DNA of 64,000 nt from an uncultured Clostridia bacterium (GCA_944389475.1 CALXMM010000006.1:6755-70754), one strand, 5' to 3'; shown: positions 38,088 to 49,041, counted from the first letter of the stretch. Numbers and translations are program-made. The notes: generated by a model from the letters alone, not told the origin.

Positions 38088-39005
38088 TTAGAATTCATTA
38101 ATTTCTTTAATAGCTGTTTTAATGGCACTGGCAGAATTTTCGAATCTTGAACTTTCTTCTGGAGTAAGTGACATTAAACCTGTTTTTTCTATTCCATCAA
38201 TTCCAACAACAGAAGGTGAACTAATAAATATCTTTTGTAGTGGATCATATGATGAGACACAAATTATAGCTTTTTCATCTTCTATTATTGCTTTTGTTAT
38301 TCTTGTAAGAGCTGAGGCCACACCATAACAAGTATAAGTTTTCTTTTGAGCAATAGTAAATCCAAAATTTCTTGTTTCTTCTTCCATCTGTCCCATTTCT
38401 TCTTTTGAGAAATAATTAAAAATTGGATTTAAGCCTATTTTTGCATTACTCCATGGCACAAATTGACTATTTCCATGTTCACCAATCACATAAGCATTCA
38501 CACTCTTTGGTGATATATTAAGCCTTTTGGAAATAATATTTTGTAATCTTGCAGAATCCAATGATGTTCCTGAACCTATAATTTGACTTGTATTTAGTCC
38601 AGAATATTTCCAAGTAACATATGTCATAACATCTAATGGATTTCCAGCAATAAGTATAATACCATTAAATTTAGTACTAGCAATATTTTTAACAATATCT
38701 TTAAAAATATTTGTAGCCTTAAATAAATCTTCCATTCTAGATTTTATATTTGCCCTTTGTGAAACTCCTGCTGTTATACAAACTATTGATGCATCATTAC
38801 AATCCTCATATGTTCCAAACCTAATTTTAGTAGAACCGGCTACTAGTGGAGTACAATTTAATAAATCTAATGCTTCTCCTTCTGCTTTTTGAGTATTAAT
38901 GTCTATTAATATAATTTCATGTATATTTAAATTAGAACATAGAAGAGAATAGGCATAACTAACTCCAACATTACCTGTTCCAATTATAACTATCTTATTT
39001 TTCAT
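38088..39005 (-). CDS. ldh: L-lactate dehydrogenase-like (LDH/MDH family)
   Basis: GTGNVG, NPLD, GSGTSLDSARL, GEHG; start moved to ATG 39005 (RBS GGAGG); substrate loop diverged (AGVSQRANIKSRM). Confidence 0.8.
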   Translation of the reverse strand: MKNKIVIIGTGNVGVSYAYSLLCSNLNIHEIILIDINTQKAEGEALDLLNCTPLVAGSTKIRFGTYEDCNDASIVCITAGVSQRANIKSRMEDLFKATNIFKDIVKNIASTKFNGIILIAGNPLDVMTYVTWKYSGLNTSQIIGSGTSLDSARLQNIISKRLNISPKSVNAYVIGEHGNSQFVPWSNAKIGLNPIFNYFSKEEMGQMEEETRNFGFTIAQKKTYTCYGVASALTRITKAIIEDEKAIICVSSYDPLQKIFISSPSVVGIDGIEKTGLMSLTPEESSRFENSASAIKTAIKEINEF

Positions 39006-39102
39006 TTGTAAAAAACCTCCTAATAACTTGTACTTCATAAGTATATAGCAAAATTTTTTTACTGTAAAGAGATTAAGAAAATTTTAATAATACTCTACTT
39101 TT

Positions 39103-39690
39103 TTATTTAAATCGACTAATTGCTAATCCATCTCCGACTTCTAGAATTTCTGTCTTACAATTTTCATCCTCTGTTACTTCTTTTATATATTCACGTAAAT
39201 TTCTAACAGCTGTTCTTTGCTTATGTTTATTATAATCACTCATAACATAACCTTTATATAGAATATTATCAGCAAAAATTATTCCATTTTTATTTAACAT
39301 TCTTTTTGACTGCTCTAAAAAGAATGGATATTTCCCTTTTGCAGCATCTATAAATACAACATCATATTTATTGTTTAAAGTTGGTAAAATTTCTACTGCA
39401 TCTCCTTCTAAAATATTTATTTTATTTTCTACACCAACCTTCTTTATGTTTTCCTTAGCTTCTTCTACTCTATCATGTTCTCTTTCAATTGTATCTATTG
39501 TACCATCTTCATCTAAATATCTAGAAAAGCACATTGCGGAATATCCTACAGCAGTACCAATTTCTAACATTCTCTTAGGTTTTACTTCTTTTAAAATCTT
39601 ATCTATCACTTCTAATGTATCATCCATTAATATTGGAATATGTTCGCTTAATGCTTTTTCTTTTATTTTTTCTAATTCTACTTCGTTCAT
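39103..39690 (-). CDS. SAM-dependent O-methyltransferase (TrmR/YrrM-like)
   Basis: LEIGTAVGYSA, GDA, FIDAAKG, ADN. Confidence 0.9.
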   Translation of the reverse strand: MNEVELEKIKEKALSEHIPILMDDTLEVIDKILKEVKPKRMLEIGTAVGYSAMCFSRYLDEDGTIDTIEREHDRVEEAKENIKKVGVENKINILEGDAVEILPTLNNKYDVVFIDAAKGKYPFFLEQSKRMLNKNGIIFADNILYKGYVMSDYNKHKQRTAVRNLREYIKEVTEDENCKTEILEVGDGLAISRFK

Positions 39691-39704
39691 TAATTTTCTC
39701 CTTT

Positions 39705-39780
39705 TGAACTTTAGGGACGGACCTTAAAGTTCATTAAATTAACATAAAATTTGAACTTTTAGGTCCGTCCCTTTTGTTCA
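39705..39780. repeat. 76-bp REP/BIME-like element, copy 2 (18-bp core inverted)
   Basis: TGAACTTTAGGGACGGACCTTAAAGTTCA + TTAAATTAACATAAAATT + TGAACTTTTAGGTCCGTCCCTTTTGTTCA. Confidence 0.9.
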
Positions 39781-41607
39781 TTAATCTTCTTTTACTTTTC
39801 TTCTAGCTTCTCTTTCTCTTGTTTTTGTGTCTAGAATTTTCTTTCTTAAACGAATACTCTTTGGAGTTACTTCTACTAATTCATCATCTTGAATAAACTC
39901 TATTGCTTTTTCCAAAGACATTTGAATTGGTGGAACTAATCTTAAAGCATCATCAGAACCTGAAGCTCTTGTGTTTGTTAAATGTTTTTCTTTACATACA
40001 TTTATAGTTAAATCTTCTGGTCTAGAATTTATACCTACAATCATTCCCTCATATACTTCTACACCTGGTCCAATAAATAATTCACCTTTATCTTGTGCAT
40101 TATATAATCCATATGTTATTGATGTTCCAGCTTCGAAGGCTACAATTGTTCCTCTTGTTCTTGCAACAACTGTTCCTTTATATGGCTCATATCCATCAAA
40201 AACATTGCTCATTGTACCATTACCTTTTGTATCTGTCATAAATTCTGTTCTATATCCAATTAAACCTCTTGCTGGAATCTTAAATTCAACTTTAGTATGT
40301 CCAGCTTCTGCAGGTTCCATATTCTGCATTTCTGCTTTTCTTCTACCTAATTTTTCTATTACTGTACCAATACAATCATCAGGTACATTAACTACTAATC
40401 TTTCGATAGGTTCACACTTTTGACCATTTATTTCTTTAAATATTACTTTTGGTCTAGATACTAAGAATTCATATCCTTCTCTTCTCATAGTTTCTATTAA
40501 AACAGATAAATGTAACTCTCCACGTCCAGCTACCTCAAAAGAATCTGGTGAATCAGTTTCCTTTACACGTAAACTTACATTTCTATCAAGCTCTTTAAAC
40601 AATCTATCTCTTAAATGTCTAGATGTAATAAATTTACCTTCTTTTCCAGCTAGTGGTCCATCATTTACACTAAATGTCATTGTAACAGTTGGTTCATCTA
40701 TATCTACGAAATCAATTTTATCTGGATGTTCTACATCACATATTGTTTCACCTATATTTATATCTGGAATTCCTGATAATTCTATAATATCTCCAGCACC
40801 AATTTCTTGAACTTCTACTTTCTTAAGTCCCATATGTGTATAAATTTTTCCAACTCTAGCATTTTCTAATGAACCATCTTTTTTACAAATAACTACAGGG
40901 TCATTTACTTTTAAAATTCCTCTTTCTAATCTTCCAATAGCCATTCTACCTATGAATTCATCATAATCTATGTTAGATACTAACATTTGAACAGGTCCCT
41001 CATCATCACATTGTGGTGGGTCTATTTCTTTTATGATTGTTTCAAATATACAATTTACATTGTCACTGCTATCTTCCATATGCATTTTAGCTATTCCATT
41101 TTTAGCTGAAGCATAAATTACTGGAAATTCTAATTGTTCATCTGTTGCATCTAATTCTATGAATAATTCCAATACTTGGTCTAAAACTTTAGATGGATTT
41201 GCACCCGGTCTATCTATTTTATTTATTACAACTATAGGCTTTAAGTTCATTGCTAATGCTTTCTTTAGAACTTCTCTTGTCTGAGGCATTGGTCCCTCGA
41301 ATGCATCTACTAATAATAAAACTCCATCAACAGTTTTTAAAACTCTTTCTACCTCTCCACCAAAATCAGCATGTCCTGGTGTGTCTACTATATTTATTTT
41401 TACACCATTATACATAACTGATGTATTTTTAGATAGAATTGTTATTCCTCTTTCTTTTTCTAGTGCATTTGAGTCCATTACTCTTTCTGCAACTTGTTCA
41501 TTATCTCTAAATACATGGCTTTGCTTTAAAAGAGCATCAACCAATGTAGTTTTTCCATGATCTACGTGTGCTATGATTGCTATGTTTCTAATATTTTTGT
41601 TTATCAT
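39781..41607 (-). CDS. typA: Translational GTPase TypA/BipA
   Basis: AHVDHGKTT, DTPGHADFGGE, GRGELHL, EKHLTNTRASG; start moved to ATG 41607. Confidence 0.98.
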   Translation of the reverse strand: MINKNIRNIAIIAHVDHGKTTLVDALLKQSHVFRDNEQVAERVMDSNALEKERGITILSKNTSVMYNGVKINIVDTPGHADFGGEVERVLKTVDGVLLLVDAFEGPMPQTREVLKKALAMNLKPIVVINKIDRPGANPSKVLDQVLELFIELDATDEQLEFPVIYASAKNGIAKMHMEDSSDNVNCIFETIIKEIDPPQCDDEGPVQMLVSNIDYDEFIGRMAIGRLERGILKVNDPVVICKKDGSLENARVGKIYTHMGLKKVEVQEIGAGDIIELSGIPDINIGETICDVEHPDKIDFVDIDEPTVTMTFSVNDGPLAGKEGKFITSRHLRDRLFKELDRNVSLRVKETDSPDSFEVAGRGELHLSVLIETMRREGYEFLVSRPKVIFKEINGQKCEPIERLVVNVPDDCIGTVIEKLGRRKAEMQNMEPAEAGHTKVEFKIPARGLIGYRTEFMTDTKGNGTMSNVFDGYEPYKGTVVARTRGTIVAFEAGTSITYGLYNAQDKGELFIGPGVEVYEGMIVGINSRPEDLTINVCKEKHLTNTRASGSDDALRLVPPIQMSLEKAIEFIQDDELVEVTPKSIRLRKKILDTKTREREARRKVKED

Positions 41608-41620
41608 TTTAATTACTCCT

Positions 41621-42706
41621 TTATTCTTTATATTCATGAGATGTATTTTCTAATTCTCTTATTGATAATTCAATTCTTTTATTTTCTAAATCCATATCTA
41701 TTATTTTAGCATTAACCTTTTGTCCTATTCTTAATTCTTCTTCTGGCTTTGTTATTTTTCTTTCGCATATTTGTGAAAGATGTACTAAACCTTCTATTCC
41801 TGGTTCCAATTCCACAAAAGCTCCAAAAGGCATTAATTTAACTACTTTCACAGTTAAAATATCATTTATATTGTATTTTCCTTCTACACTCTTCCATGGA
41901 TCAGGTCCTTTTTCTGCATATGATAATTTTATTCTTCTATTTTCTTTATCAACATCTATTGCAATAACATCTATCACTTGTCCAACTTGCAATATTTCAT
42001 TAGGTGGCGTATTCCTATTCCAAGTCATTTCTGAAATATGTAATAGTCCTTGTACAACACCTAAATCTACAAAAGCTCCATATGTACTTATGCTTGTAAC
42101 TTTTCCCTTGTATTTTTTACCTACTTCAGCATTGGTCCAAAATTCATCTATTTTTTTGTTCTTCTCTTCATCTAAAACAGATTTTATTGAACCTATTATT
42201 CTTCTAGGTCTAAATTTACATTCTATTAATCTAAATCTTACTACTTTATTTTTATAATCACTTATATTCTCACTTCTTGTTATTCCAGACAAAGAAATAG
42301 GAATAAAAATATTATATCCTTCCTTTGAAACTATAAATCCTTTATCTGTAATACTAGAAATCTTTTCTTCTAATATTTCATTATTTTTAAATTTTTCTTC
42401 TAACTCTTTTTGAGCTTCTTTCATTTTATATCTCTTTGTAGAAAGTAATACATTACCTTCTCCATCATTCATTTTAAGAACTTCGGCTGTTATTTTATCT
42501 CCAGCTTTTAATTCTTTTTTTGGATCCGCAGATTCATCATATGAGTATTCATCTCTTGGAATAATCCCATCTGCCTTATATCCAATATCTATTATTACTT
42601 CACCTTTTCTATTTATACTAATTACTGTTCCTTCTATTGCTTCTTTTACATTTATATTTTTCATTGATTCTTTGACCATTTGTTCAAAATTTAATTGCTC
42701 TGCCAT
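41621..42706 (-). CDS. rpsA: Ribosomal protein S1 (four S1 domains)
   Basis: Repeated S1 motifs (YGAFVDLG..GLLHISE, FGAFVEL..GLVHLSQ). Confidence 0.92.
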   Translation of the reverse strand: MAEQLNFEQMVKESMKNINVKEAIEGTVISINRKGEVIIDIGYKADGIIPRDEYSYDESADPKKELKAGDKITAEVLKMNDGEGNVLLSTKRYKMKEAQKELEEKFKNNEILEEKISSITDKGFIVSKEGYNIFIPISLSGITRSENISDYKNKVVRFRLIECKFRPRRIIGSIKSVLDEEKNKKIDEFWTNAEVGKKYKGKVTSISTYGAFVDLGVVQGLLHISEMTWNRNTPPNEILQVGQVIDVIAIDVDKENRRIKLSYAEKGPDPWKSVEGKYNINDILTVKVVKLMPFGAFVELEPGIEGLVHLSQICERKITKPEEELRIGQKVNAKIIDMDLENKRIELSIRELENTSHEYKE

Positions 42707-42848
42707 AATTTCACCTTCCTAAATCTTTGTTACGTTGTAACATCCTCTTTTGTTTGGTTCATCTTTATAAATGGCGTTTTTCAAAAATGAAAAACGCCTA
42801 TTCGCAATAAACTGATAATATTATATATTATTGTTTTATATTTGTCAA
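42707..42848 (-). promoter_or_regulatory. rpsA promoter and structured 5' leader
   Basis: Consensus TTGACA-17-TATAAT (42848-42820); leader hairpins GGCGTTTTTC/GAAAAACGCC (42773-42798) and GTTAC/GTAAC. Confidence 0.7.
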
Positions 42849-43433
42849 CATAATTATGTTATCCATTATTTCTTTACTTATTTGGTCAAGCTCTTCTTTT
42901 GAAGGTTTTTTTGTCATCCTATCGCTATAGTCCAATGGCTTTCCATAATTAATATAAACTTTTTGAAATGGTTTTTCTCCTCCTACTATACCAACTGGTT
43001 GAACTTTTGCACCAGTTGTTAATGCAAAGAATGCAACGCCATCTTTTATCTCTTCACCTTTTTTTAATCCATTTCTAGTTCCTTCTGGGAACATTGCCAC
43101 ACTCTCTTTGTTTTTTAAAGCCTTGATTGTTGTTTTTAAAGCACCTATATCTTTGTTATCTCTTTTAACATATATTGCATCAAATACAAATCCTAAGAAC
43201 TTCAAAAATTTATTTTTAGTAAGTTCTTCTTTTGCCATAAACCTAACATGCCTTCCTGCTGTTATAACTATTAGTGGAGGGTCTAAATAACTCCTATGAT
43301 TTCCACAATATATTATTGGTCCTTCATCTGGAATATTTTCTTTTCCCATTACCTTCATTCTATATACAACTTTGCAATACAAATATATGGCTGTTCTAAC
43401 GATTACTCTTAATATTTTTTTTATAATTATCAT
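42828..43433 (-). CDS. plsC: 1-acyl-sn-glycerol-3-phosphate acyltransferase
   Basis: NHRSYLD (HX4D), FMAKEEL, FPEGTR. Confidence 0.95.
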   Translation of the reverse strand: MIIIKKILRVIVRTAIYLYCKVVYRMKVMGKENIPDEGPIIYCGNHRSYLDPPLIVITAGRHVRFMAKEELTKNKFLKFLGFVFDAIYVKRDNKDIGALKTTIKALKNKESVAMFPEGTRNGLKKGEEIKDGVAFFALTTGAKVQPVGIVGGEKPFQKVYINYGKPLDYSDRMTKKPSKEELDQISKEIMDNIIMLTNIKQ

Positions 43434-44136
43434 TTCTTACACTCCTCTTACCCTCATTAGTTTTTTGTTTTATAATTCTTATTATTTTATGTTTAGTTTT
43501 ATTAACACTTGATTTACTAGAATCTACATAAATAGCATCAGGTGCCTTTTTTAGTGCACCTACAGCCTTATTCATATCATTTTTATCTCTGGCCATAATA
43601 GATTGTAATACTTCCTCAAAAGATTGATTTATACCATTTTTCTTATTTTGTCTACATCTTCTTTTTGCTCTTTCTATAGGAGTTGCATCAAGATATATTT
43701 TTACTTTTGCATCTGGGAATACAACTGTAGTAATATCTCTCCCTTCCATTATTATATTTTTTCCTTCTTTTAGCCATTTATATCCAATTTTTCTTTCTAA
43801 TTGCGTTATTTTCTCTCTAACCTTTGGAAAAGTAGAAGTTTGAGAAACAATACTGCTTACTTCCGGAGTTCTAATTTGATTTGTAACATCTTCTCCATTT
43901 AAAAAAACTAATTGTTTATTATCATTATTTCTTAAATCTATATCTATTTTTTCCAAAATATCTACTACTTCTTTTTCATTTGTTATTGATATGTTATTTT
44001 TTAATACTGCTAAAGCATGACATCTATATAGCATTCCTGTATCTATACTAACCAACCCCATATCCTTAGCAACTAATTTTGTAATCGTACCTTTACCTGC
44101 ACCAGCAGGACCATCTATTGCTACTATATATGACAT
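43396..44136 (-). CDS. cmk: Cytidylate kinase
   Basis: IDGPAGAGKGT, DTGMLYR, EGRDI..VFPDA..YLDA; start probably ATG 44136. Confidence 0.96.
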   Translation of the reverse strand: MSYIVAIDGPAGAGKGTITKLVAKDMGLVSIDTGMLYRCHALAVLKNNISITNEKEVVDILEKIDIDLRNNDNKQLVFLNGEDVTNQIRTPEVSSIVSQTSTFPKVREKITQLERKIGYKWLKEGKNIIMEGRDITTVVFPDAKVKIYLDATPIERAKRRCRQNKKNGINQSFEEVLQSIMARDKNDMNKAVGALKKAPDAIYVDSSKSSVNKTKHKIIRIIKQKTNEGKRSVRNDNYKKNIKSNR

Positions 44137-44153
44137 TTTCATTCTACCTTCCA

Positions 44154-45002
44154 CTATTTATTTTCTTCTTTGTAAGCATCACTCACATGAAGTTCTTTTA
44201 TAACTATCTTTATTGTTTGAACTCTCATTGTTGTTAATTTTTCTAGTTCTTTTATAACTTTATTTTTAAATTCTTCTACAACATCTCTTATATTTTCTCC
44301 ATACTCAACACTAAGCTCTATGTATACATATGGTCCTTCTTCTTGATTATCAATCCTGGTTCTTAAGACACTATATATCTTTGGCTCTTTCTTAGCAATA
44401 TATTCTATTATTTGTCTAAATACGGTATCAGATATTGTAAATTTTCCCAAATAGCTAAATGTAGGCCTAATAATTGATTTTTCTGATATATATGGTTTGT
44501 GTCCCCTTCCTTTAAATTTAAATATTTGTAGGGGGTCCAATATAAACCCGGAAAAATCTTTTTTTATTTCGAATGTTGGTACAGGAATAACATGCTTTCC
44601 TTCTGTTACCCTACTTCTCCTTGCTTCTTGAATTTCTTCCGGTGTTGCAATTTCATCAATATATATTGTTTTTTGTATAGGTGGCAACCCTATATTTGCA
44701 GCTATTTTTTGCACCATTCCATCAGATGTACCCAATATTAAAATAGATTCTGGTTTATATTTTTCTATAGCTTTTCTAATTTCATCCTTTTGCTCTTGTT
44801 TCAAAAATAATGCCTTTTTTACAGTTTCTATTTTTGTAGGAGCTTTTTTAGCAGACTCACCAGCTATAATCTCATTATCATTTATAAAAAGTCCATCATC
44901 TATTATATAATGAATATTATTTTCATTCGCTACCATTTGTGCTCTATAACTTTTACCAGTCCCAGATGGGCCAACAAAAGCATACACTCTTATATTATCC
45001 AT
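44154..45002 (-). CDS. Conserved clostridial P-loop protein with an Asp23/Gls24-like C-terminal domain
   Basis: GPSGTGKSY, IIDDGL, HVIPVP, IIRPTFSYLG. Confidence 0.75.
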   Translation of the reverse strand: MDNIRVYAFVGPSGTGKSYRAQMVANENNIHYIIDDGLFINDNEIIAGESAKKAPTKIETVKKALFLKQEQKDEIRKAIEKYKPESILILGTSDGMVQKIAANIGLPPIQKTIYIDEIATPEEIQEARRSRVTEGKHVIPVPTFEIKKDFSGFILDPLQIFKFKGRGHKPYISEKSIIRPTFSYLGKFTISDTVFRQIIEYIAKKEPKIYSVLRTRIDNQEEGPYVYIELSVEYGENIRDVVEEFKNKVIKELEKLTTMRVQTIKIVIKELHVSDAYKEENK

Positions 45003-45135
45003 ATTTTCTCCTCTTAATATTCTACTATATTAATATTTATACTTAAGTCTTTTATATTATACCTCATTATTTTTTGCATTTCAATTACATTATGTTTATT
45101 AAAACAAAAACAGGATACATAAGTACCCTGTCTTT

Positions 45136-46458
45136 TTATTTTTTCTCATATCCTGGTTTTCCAAGTAATGTAAACATATTCTTTTTGTATGCTTCTACTC
45201 CTGGTTGATTAAATGGGTCAACTCCCAATAACTTACCAGACATTGCACATGCTAGTTCGAAGAAATAAATTAATTGTCCCAAATTTTCTTCATTTAATTT
45301 TTCCATTGTAATTAGAATATTTGGCACATCTCCATCCACATGAGCTGCAATAGTTGCTTCCATAGCTTTTTTGTTTACATAGTCCAAAGATTTTCCTACC
45401 AAATAATTTAGTCCATCTAAATTATCTTCATCAGATTCAATTTTTATATCCGTTTTTGATTTTTCTACATTTAGTACTGTTTCGAAAAGATTACGTCTTC
45501 CCTGTTGAATATATTGCCCCATAGAGTGCAAGTCCGTTGTGAATTCTACACCTGCTGGAAAAATACCTTTTAAATCTTTTCCTTCGCTTTCACCATATAA
45601 TTGTTTCCACCATTCTATAAAATAGTGTAATTTTGGCTCATAATCTACTAATAATTCTATATTCTTTTTCTTTCCATATAAAATATTTCTTACAACAGCA
45701 TATTTATAACAATCATTATATTTTAAATTTTCTTCCGCATATTTATTTTGAGCAGATAAAGCTCCTTGCATTAATTTATCTATATTTATTCCAGCTACTG
45801 CTACTGGTAATAATCCAACAGCTGTTAAAACGGAATATCTTCCTCCAACATTATCAGGGATAACAAATTCTTCATATCCTTCTTTGTCTGCAAGTTGCTT
45901 TAAAGCACCTTTCTTTTTGTCTGTAGTAACATAAATTCTACTTCTTGCTTCTTCTATTCCATATTTGTTTTCTAGAAATTCTCTAAAAATTCTAAATGCA
46001 ATTGCAGGTTCTGTTGTTGTTCCAGATTTAGATATAACATTTATAGATAAATCCCTATCACCTATAAATTCTATAACATCATTAATATAATCTGGATTTA
46101 AATTATTTCCTGCAAATATTACTTTTGGATATTTAGCTTGTTCATCAGATATAGAATTTACGAAATTACTTGTCATTGCTTCTATTACTGCTCTTGCTCC
46201 TAGATAAGAGCCTCCTATACCTATTACTAAAAATACATCTGAATCTCCCTGTATTTTTTTAGCAGCTTTTTCAATTCTCTTAAATTCTTTCTTATCATAA
46301 TTTGTAGGAAGTTTAAGCCATCCTAAAAATTCTTTTTCATCATCTGCTTTATCATATAATTCATTATGTATTTTAGATACTTTTTGTGAATATTTTAAGA
46401 TTTCCTCTTCTTCTACATTAGTATTTTTTAATTCTAATTTTAAATCTTTCATATACAC
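45136..46458 (-). CDS. pgi: Glucose-6-phosphate isomerase
   Basis: [35 protein letters not shown]. Confidence 0.97.
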   Translation of the reverse strand: MYMKDLKLELKNTNVEEEEILKYSQKVSKIHNELYDKADDEKEFLGWLKLPTNYDKKEFKRIEKAAKKIQGDSDVFLVIGIGGSYLGARAVIEAMTSNFVNSISDEQAKYPKVIFAGNNLNPDYINDVIEFIGDRDLSINVISKSGTTTEPAIAFRIFREFLENKYGIEEARSRIYVTTDKKKGALKQLADKEGYEEFVIPDNVGGRYSVLTAVGLLPVAVAGINIDKLMQGALSAQNKYAEENLKYNDCYKYAVVRNILYGKKKNIELLVDYEPKLHYFIEWWKQLYGESEGKDLKGIFPAGVEFTTDLHSMGQYIQQGRRNLFETVLNVEKSKTDIKIESDEDNLDGLNYLVGKSLDYVNKKAMEATIAAHVDGDVPNILITMEKLNEENLGQLIYFFELACAMSGKLLGVDPFNQPGVEAYKKNMFTLLGKPGYEKK

Positions 46459-46464
46459 ACCTCT

Positions 46465-49041
46465 TTATCTTGTAACCCATTGGATTACATCCAAATTAGT
46501 AGTATTTAACATCATATCTGTTTGTGGCATAACTCTAAAAGTATAACCATAATTTCCACCAGTTTTTAATTCTATTTTAGTTGAATATTTATATTCTCTA
46601 TTTTCATCATCTTTTTCTATTAACTGCATTGGAACAGTTTTTATTTCTTCCATTATTCCATTATCTAATATTTTTCCATAATATACTTCTGCTCTAATAG
46701 AATTATAGTCTATGCTTTCTGGCAATTTAACTACACAGTGTACCTCTATTTTGTTGCCTGCATCTATTGTAATATTATCTAAATTATTATTTTGAGTAAT
46801 GCTAATGTTTTTCCAATTTGTGTACATATTCTTTTTCCACTCTGTAAACTTAATTGCTTCATCCACATTTTGATAATGTTTATGAGATAAATTTATAAGT
46901 TCCATATAATATTCTTTTGTATACTGTATTACCATTCTAGATGTACTATATTTTCCTCCTGTAGAAATGATTGAATTTTTAAACATTTCCATCCATTTAT
47001 CAGAAACACCATCTGCTTTTTTGTTTTCATAATATAAAGGAATAATTTTGTTTTCCAATGTATTATATAAACTTTCGCTATCAGCTTTGTCTTGTTCTTC
47101 ATATGATTGATATTCTGTGTTGTCCCCTATTGTCCAACCATTCTTTTGGTTATATCCTTCAGCCCACCAACCATCTAATACACTAAAGTTAATTACACCA
47201 TTTACAGAAGCCTTTTGTCCACTAGTTCCAGAAGCTTCCATTGGTCTTCTAGGAGTATTAAGCCATACATCTACACCACTTATTAAATACCTTGACATTG
47301 CTATGTTATAATTTTCTAGTAAAAATATTTTTCCTTTAAATTGTGGTTTCATAGAAACTTCGTGAATATATTTTATTAAATCTTGACCTTCTTTATCTGC
47401 CGGATGTGCTTTACCTGCAAATATTAATTGTACTGGTCTGTCCGGATTATTTAATAATTGGGTTAATCTTTCTAAATCTTTAAATATTAATGTTGCTCTT
47501 TTATATGTTGCAAACCTTCTTGCAAATCCAATTGTTAAAGCATTTGGATTTAATTTAGATACTATCTCATTAATTTCTTCGTAGCTATAACCACTTGCTT
47601 TTAATCTATTTGTCATATTGCATTTTACTAATGCACATAATTTTTTCTTTCTTTCTATATGGGTATCCCATAATTCCTTATTAGGAATATTTTTAATGTC
47701 CTTCCAAGTTTCATCATCTTCAATATGGTCCTGCCAATATGGTTTTAAATATTGATTAAACAATTTTTTCATAGATGGAGCAAGCCATGAACAAGTATGA
47801 ATTCCATTAGTTACATATTCTATTGGAGATTCATCTGGGGCAATATTTGGCCATACATCTGAGAATAACCTTCTTGATACTGCACCATGTAATTTACTTA
47901 CACCATTTTTCTTGCCTGCAATTCTTAAAGCAAACATTCCCATATTAAATCCTTGTTCCAATCCTTGTGCACTCTTCATTCCTAGTCTTAAGAAATCCTC
48001 ACGAGAAATTCCAAGTTGTGGCCAGAAATTAGAAAAGTATTTATCCATTAATTCTATTGGGAATATATCGTTTCCTGCTGGAACAGGTGTATGCGTTGTA
48101 AATACTGTTTTAGCTGAACATATTGTTTTAGCTACTTCGAATGATACTTGTTTTTCTTGCATTATATCTTTTATTACTTCTAAATTTAAAAATGCAGAAT
48201 GACCTTCATTCATATGGTATACAGATGGTTTTAATCCTAAACGTTTTAATAATTTTATTCCAGCCATTCCTAAGACAATCTCTTGTCTTATTCTCATTTC
48301 CTGGTCTCCACCATATAGTCTTAATGTAACAACTTTATCTTCAGCAATATTTTTATCTATATCAGAATCCATTAAATATAGAGTAATTCTTCCTACTACA
48401 ATTTTCCAAATTTTCAAATAAAGTTTTCTATCTGGGAAATCGACATCTATTATTAAATCTTCCCCGTTTTCATCCTTTACTGGTAAAATTGGTAAATTGT
48501 CTAAATCTATATTTGTATATTCTGTTTTTTGAATTCCGTACCCATCTATTTTTTGGTTAAAATATCCATTTTTATATAATAATCCTACTGCAACAAAAGG
48601 TAATCCTAAATCACTTGCAGACTTTAAATGATCTCCAGAAAGAATTCCTAATCCTCCAGAATATATAGGTATTATTTCATCTATACCATATTCTGCAGAG
48701 AAATATGCTATTAAATCATTTGTATTATTAGGATAATTCTTAGAAAACCATGTTTCCTTCGTTTGCATATATGAATTAAAATGTTCTACAACTTTATCGT
48801 ATTCCTTTAAAAATTCTTCATCTTTTACAATTGCTTCCAATTTATCTTGAGATACTAATTTTAAGAATTTTACAGGATTTTTACCTACAGTATCCCATAA
48901 ATCAGAATCAATACTTTTAAATAACCTTAAAAATTCTGTATTCCAAGACCACCATAAATTATTTGCAATATCTAATAATTGTCCCACTCTTTTAGGTAAT
49001 TGTGGATTTACCGTGATTTTATTAAATATATACATCAACAT
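46465..49041 (-). CDS. glgP: Alpha-glucan (glycogen) phosphorylase
   Basis: YSGGLGILSGD, HMNEGH, ARRFATYKRA, EASGTSGQK. Confidence 0.97.
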   Translation of the reverse strand: MLMYIFNKITVNPQLPKRVGQLLDIANNLWWSWNTEFLRLFKSIDSDLWDTVGKNPVKFLKLVSQDKLEAIVKDEEFLKEYDKVVEHFNSYMQTKETWFSKNYPNNTNDLIAYFSAEYGIDEIIPIYSGGLGILSGDHLKSASDLGLPFVAVGLLYKNGYFNQKIDGYGIQKTEYTNIDLDNLPILPVKDENGEDLIIDVDFPDRKLYLKIWKIVVGRITLYLMDSDIDKNIAEDKVVTLRLYGGDQEMRIRQEIVLGMAGIKLLKRLGLKPSVYHMNEGHSAFLNLEVIKDIMQEKQVSFEVAKTICSAKTVFTTHTPVPAGNDIFPIELMDKYFSNFWPQLGISREDFLRLGMKSAQGLEQGFNMGMFALRIAGKKNGVSKLHGAVSRRLFSDVWPNIAPDESPIEYVTNGIHTCSWLAPSMKKLFNQYLKPYWQDHIEDDETWKDIKNIPNKELWDTHIERKKKLCALVKCNMTNRLKASGYSYEEINEIVSKLNPNALTIGFARRFATYKRATLIFKDLERLTQLLNNPDRPVQLIFAGKAHPADKEGQDLIKYIHEVSMKPQFKGKIFLLENYNIAMSRYLISGVDVWLNTPRRPMEASGTSGQKASVNGVINFSVLDGWWAEGYNQKNGWTIGDNTEYQSYEEQDKADSESLYNTLENKIIPLYYENKKADGVSDKWMEMFKNSIISTGGKYSTSRMVIQYTKEYYMELINLSHKHYQNVDEAIKFTEWKKNMYTNWKNISITQNNNLDNITIDAGNKIEVHCVVKLPESIDYNSIRAEVYYGKILDNGIMEEIKTVPMQLIEKDDENREYKYSTKIELKTGGNYGYTFRVMPQTDMMLNTTNLDVIQWVTR

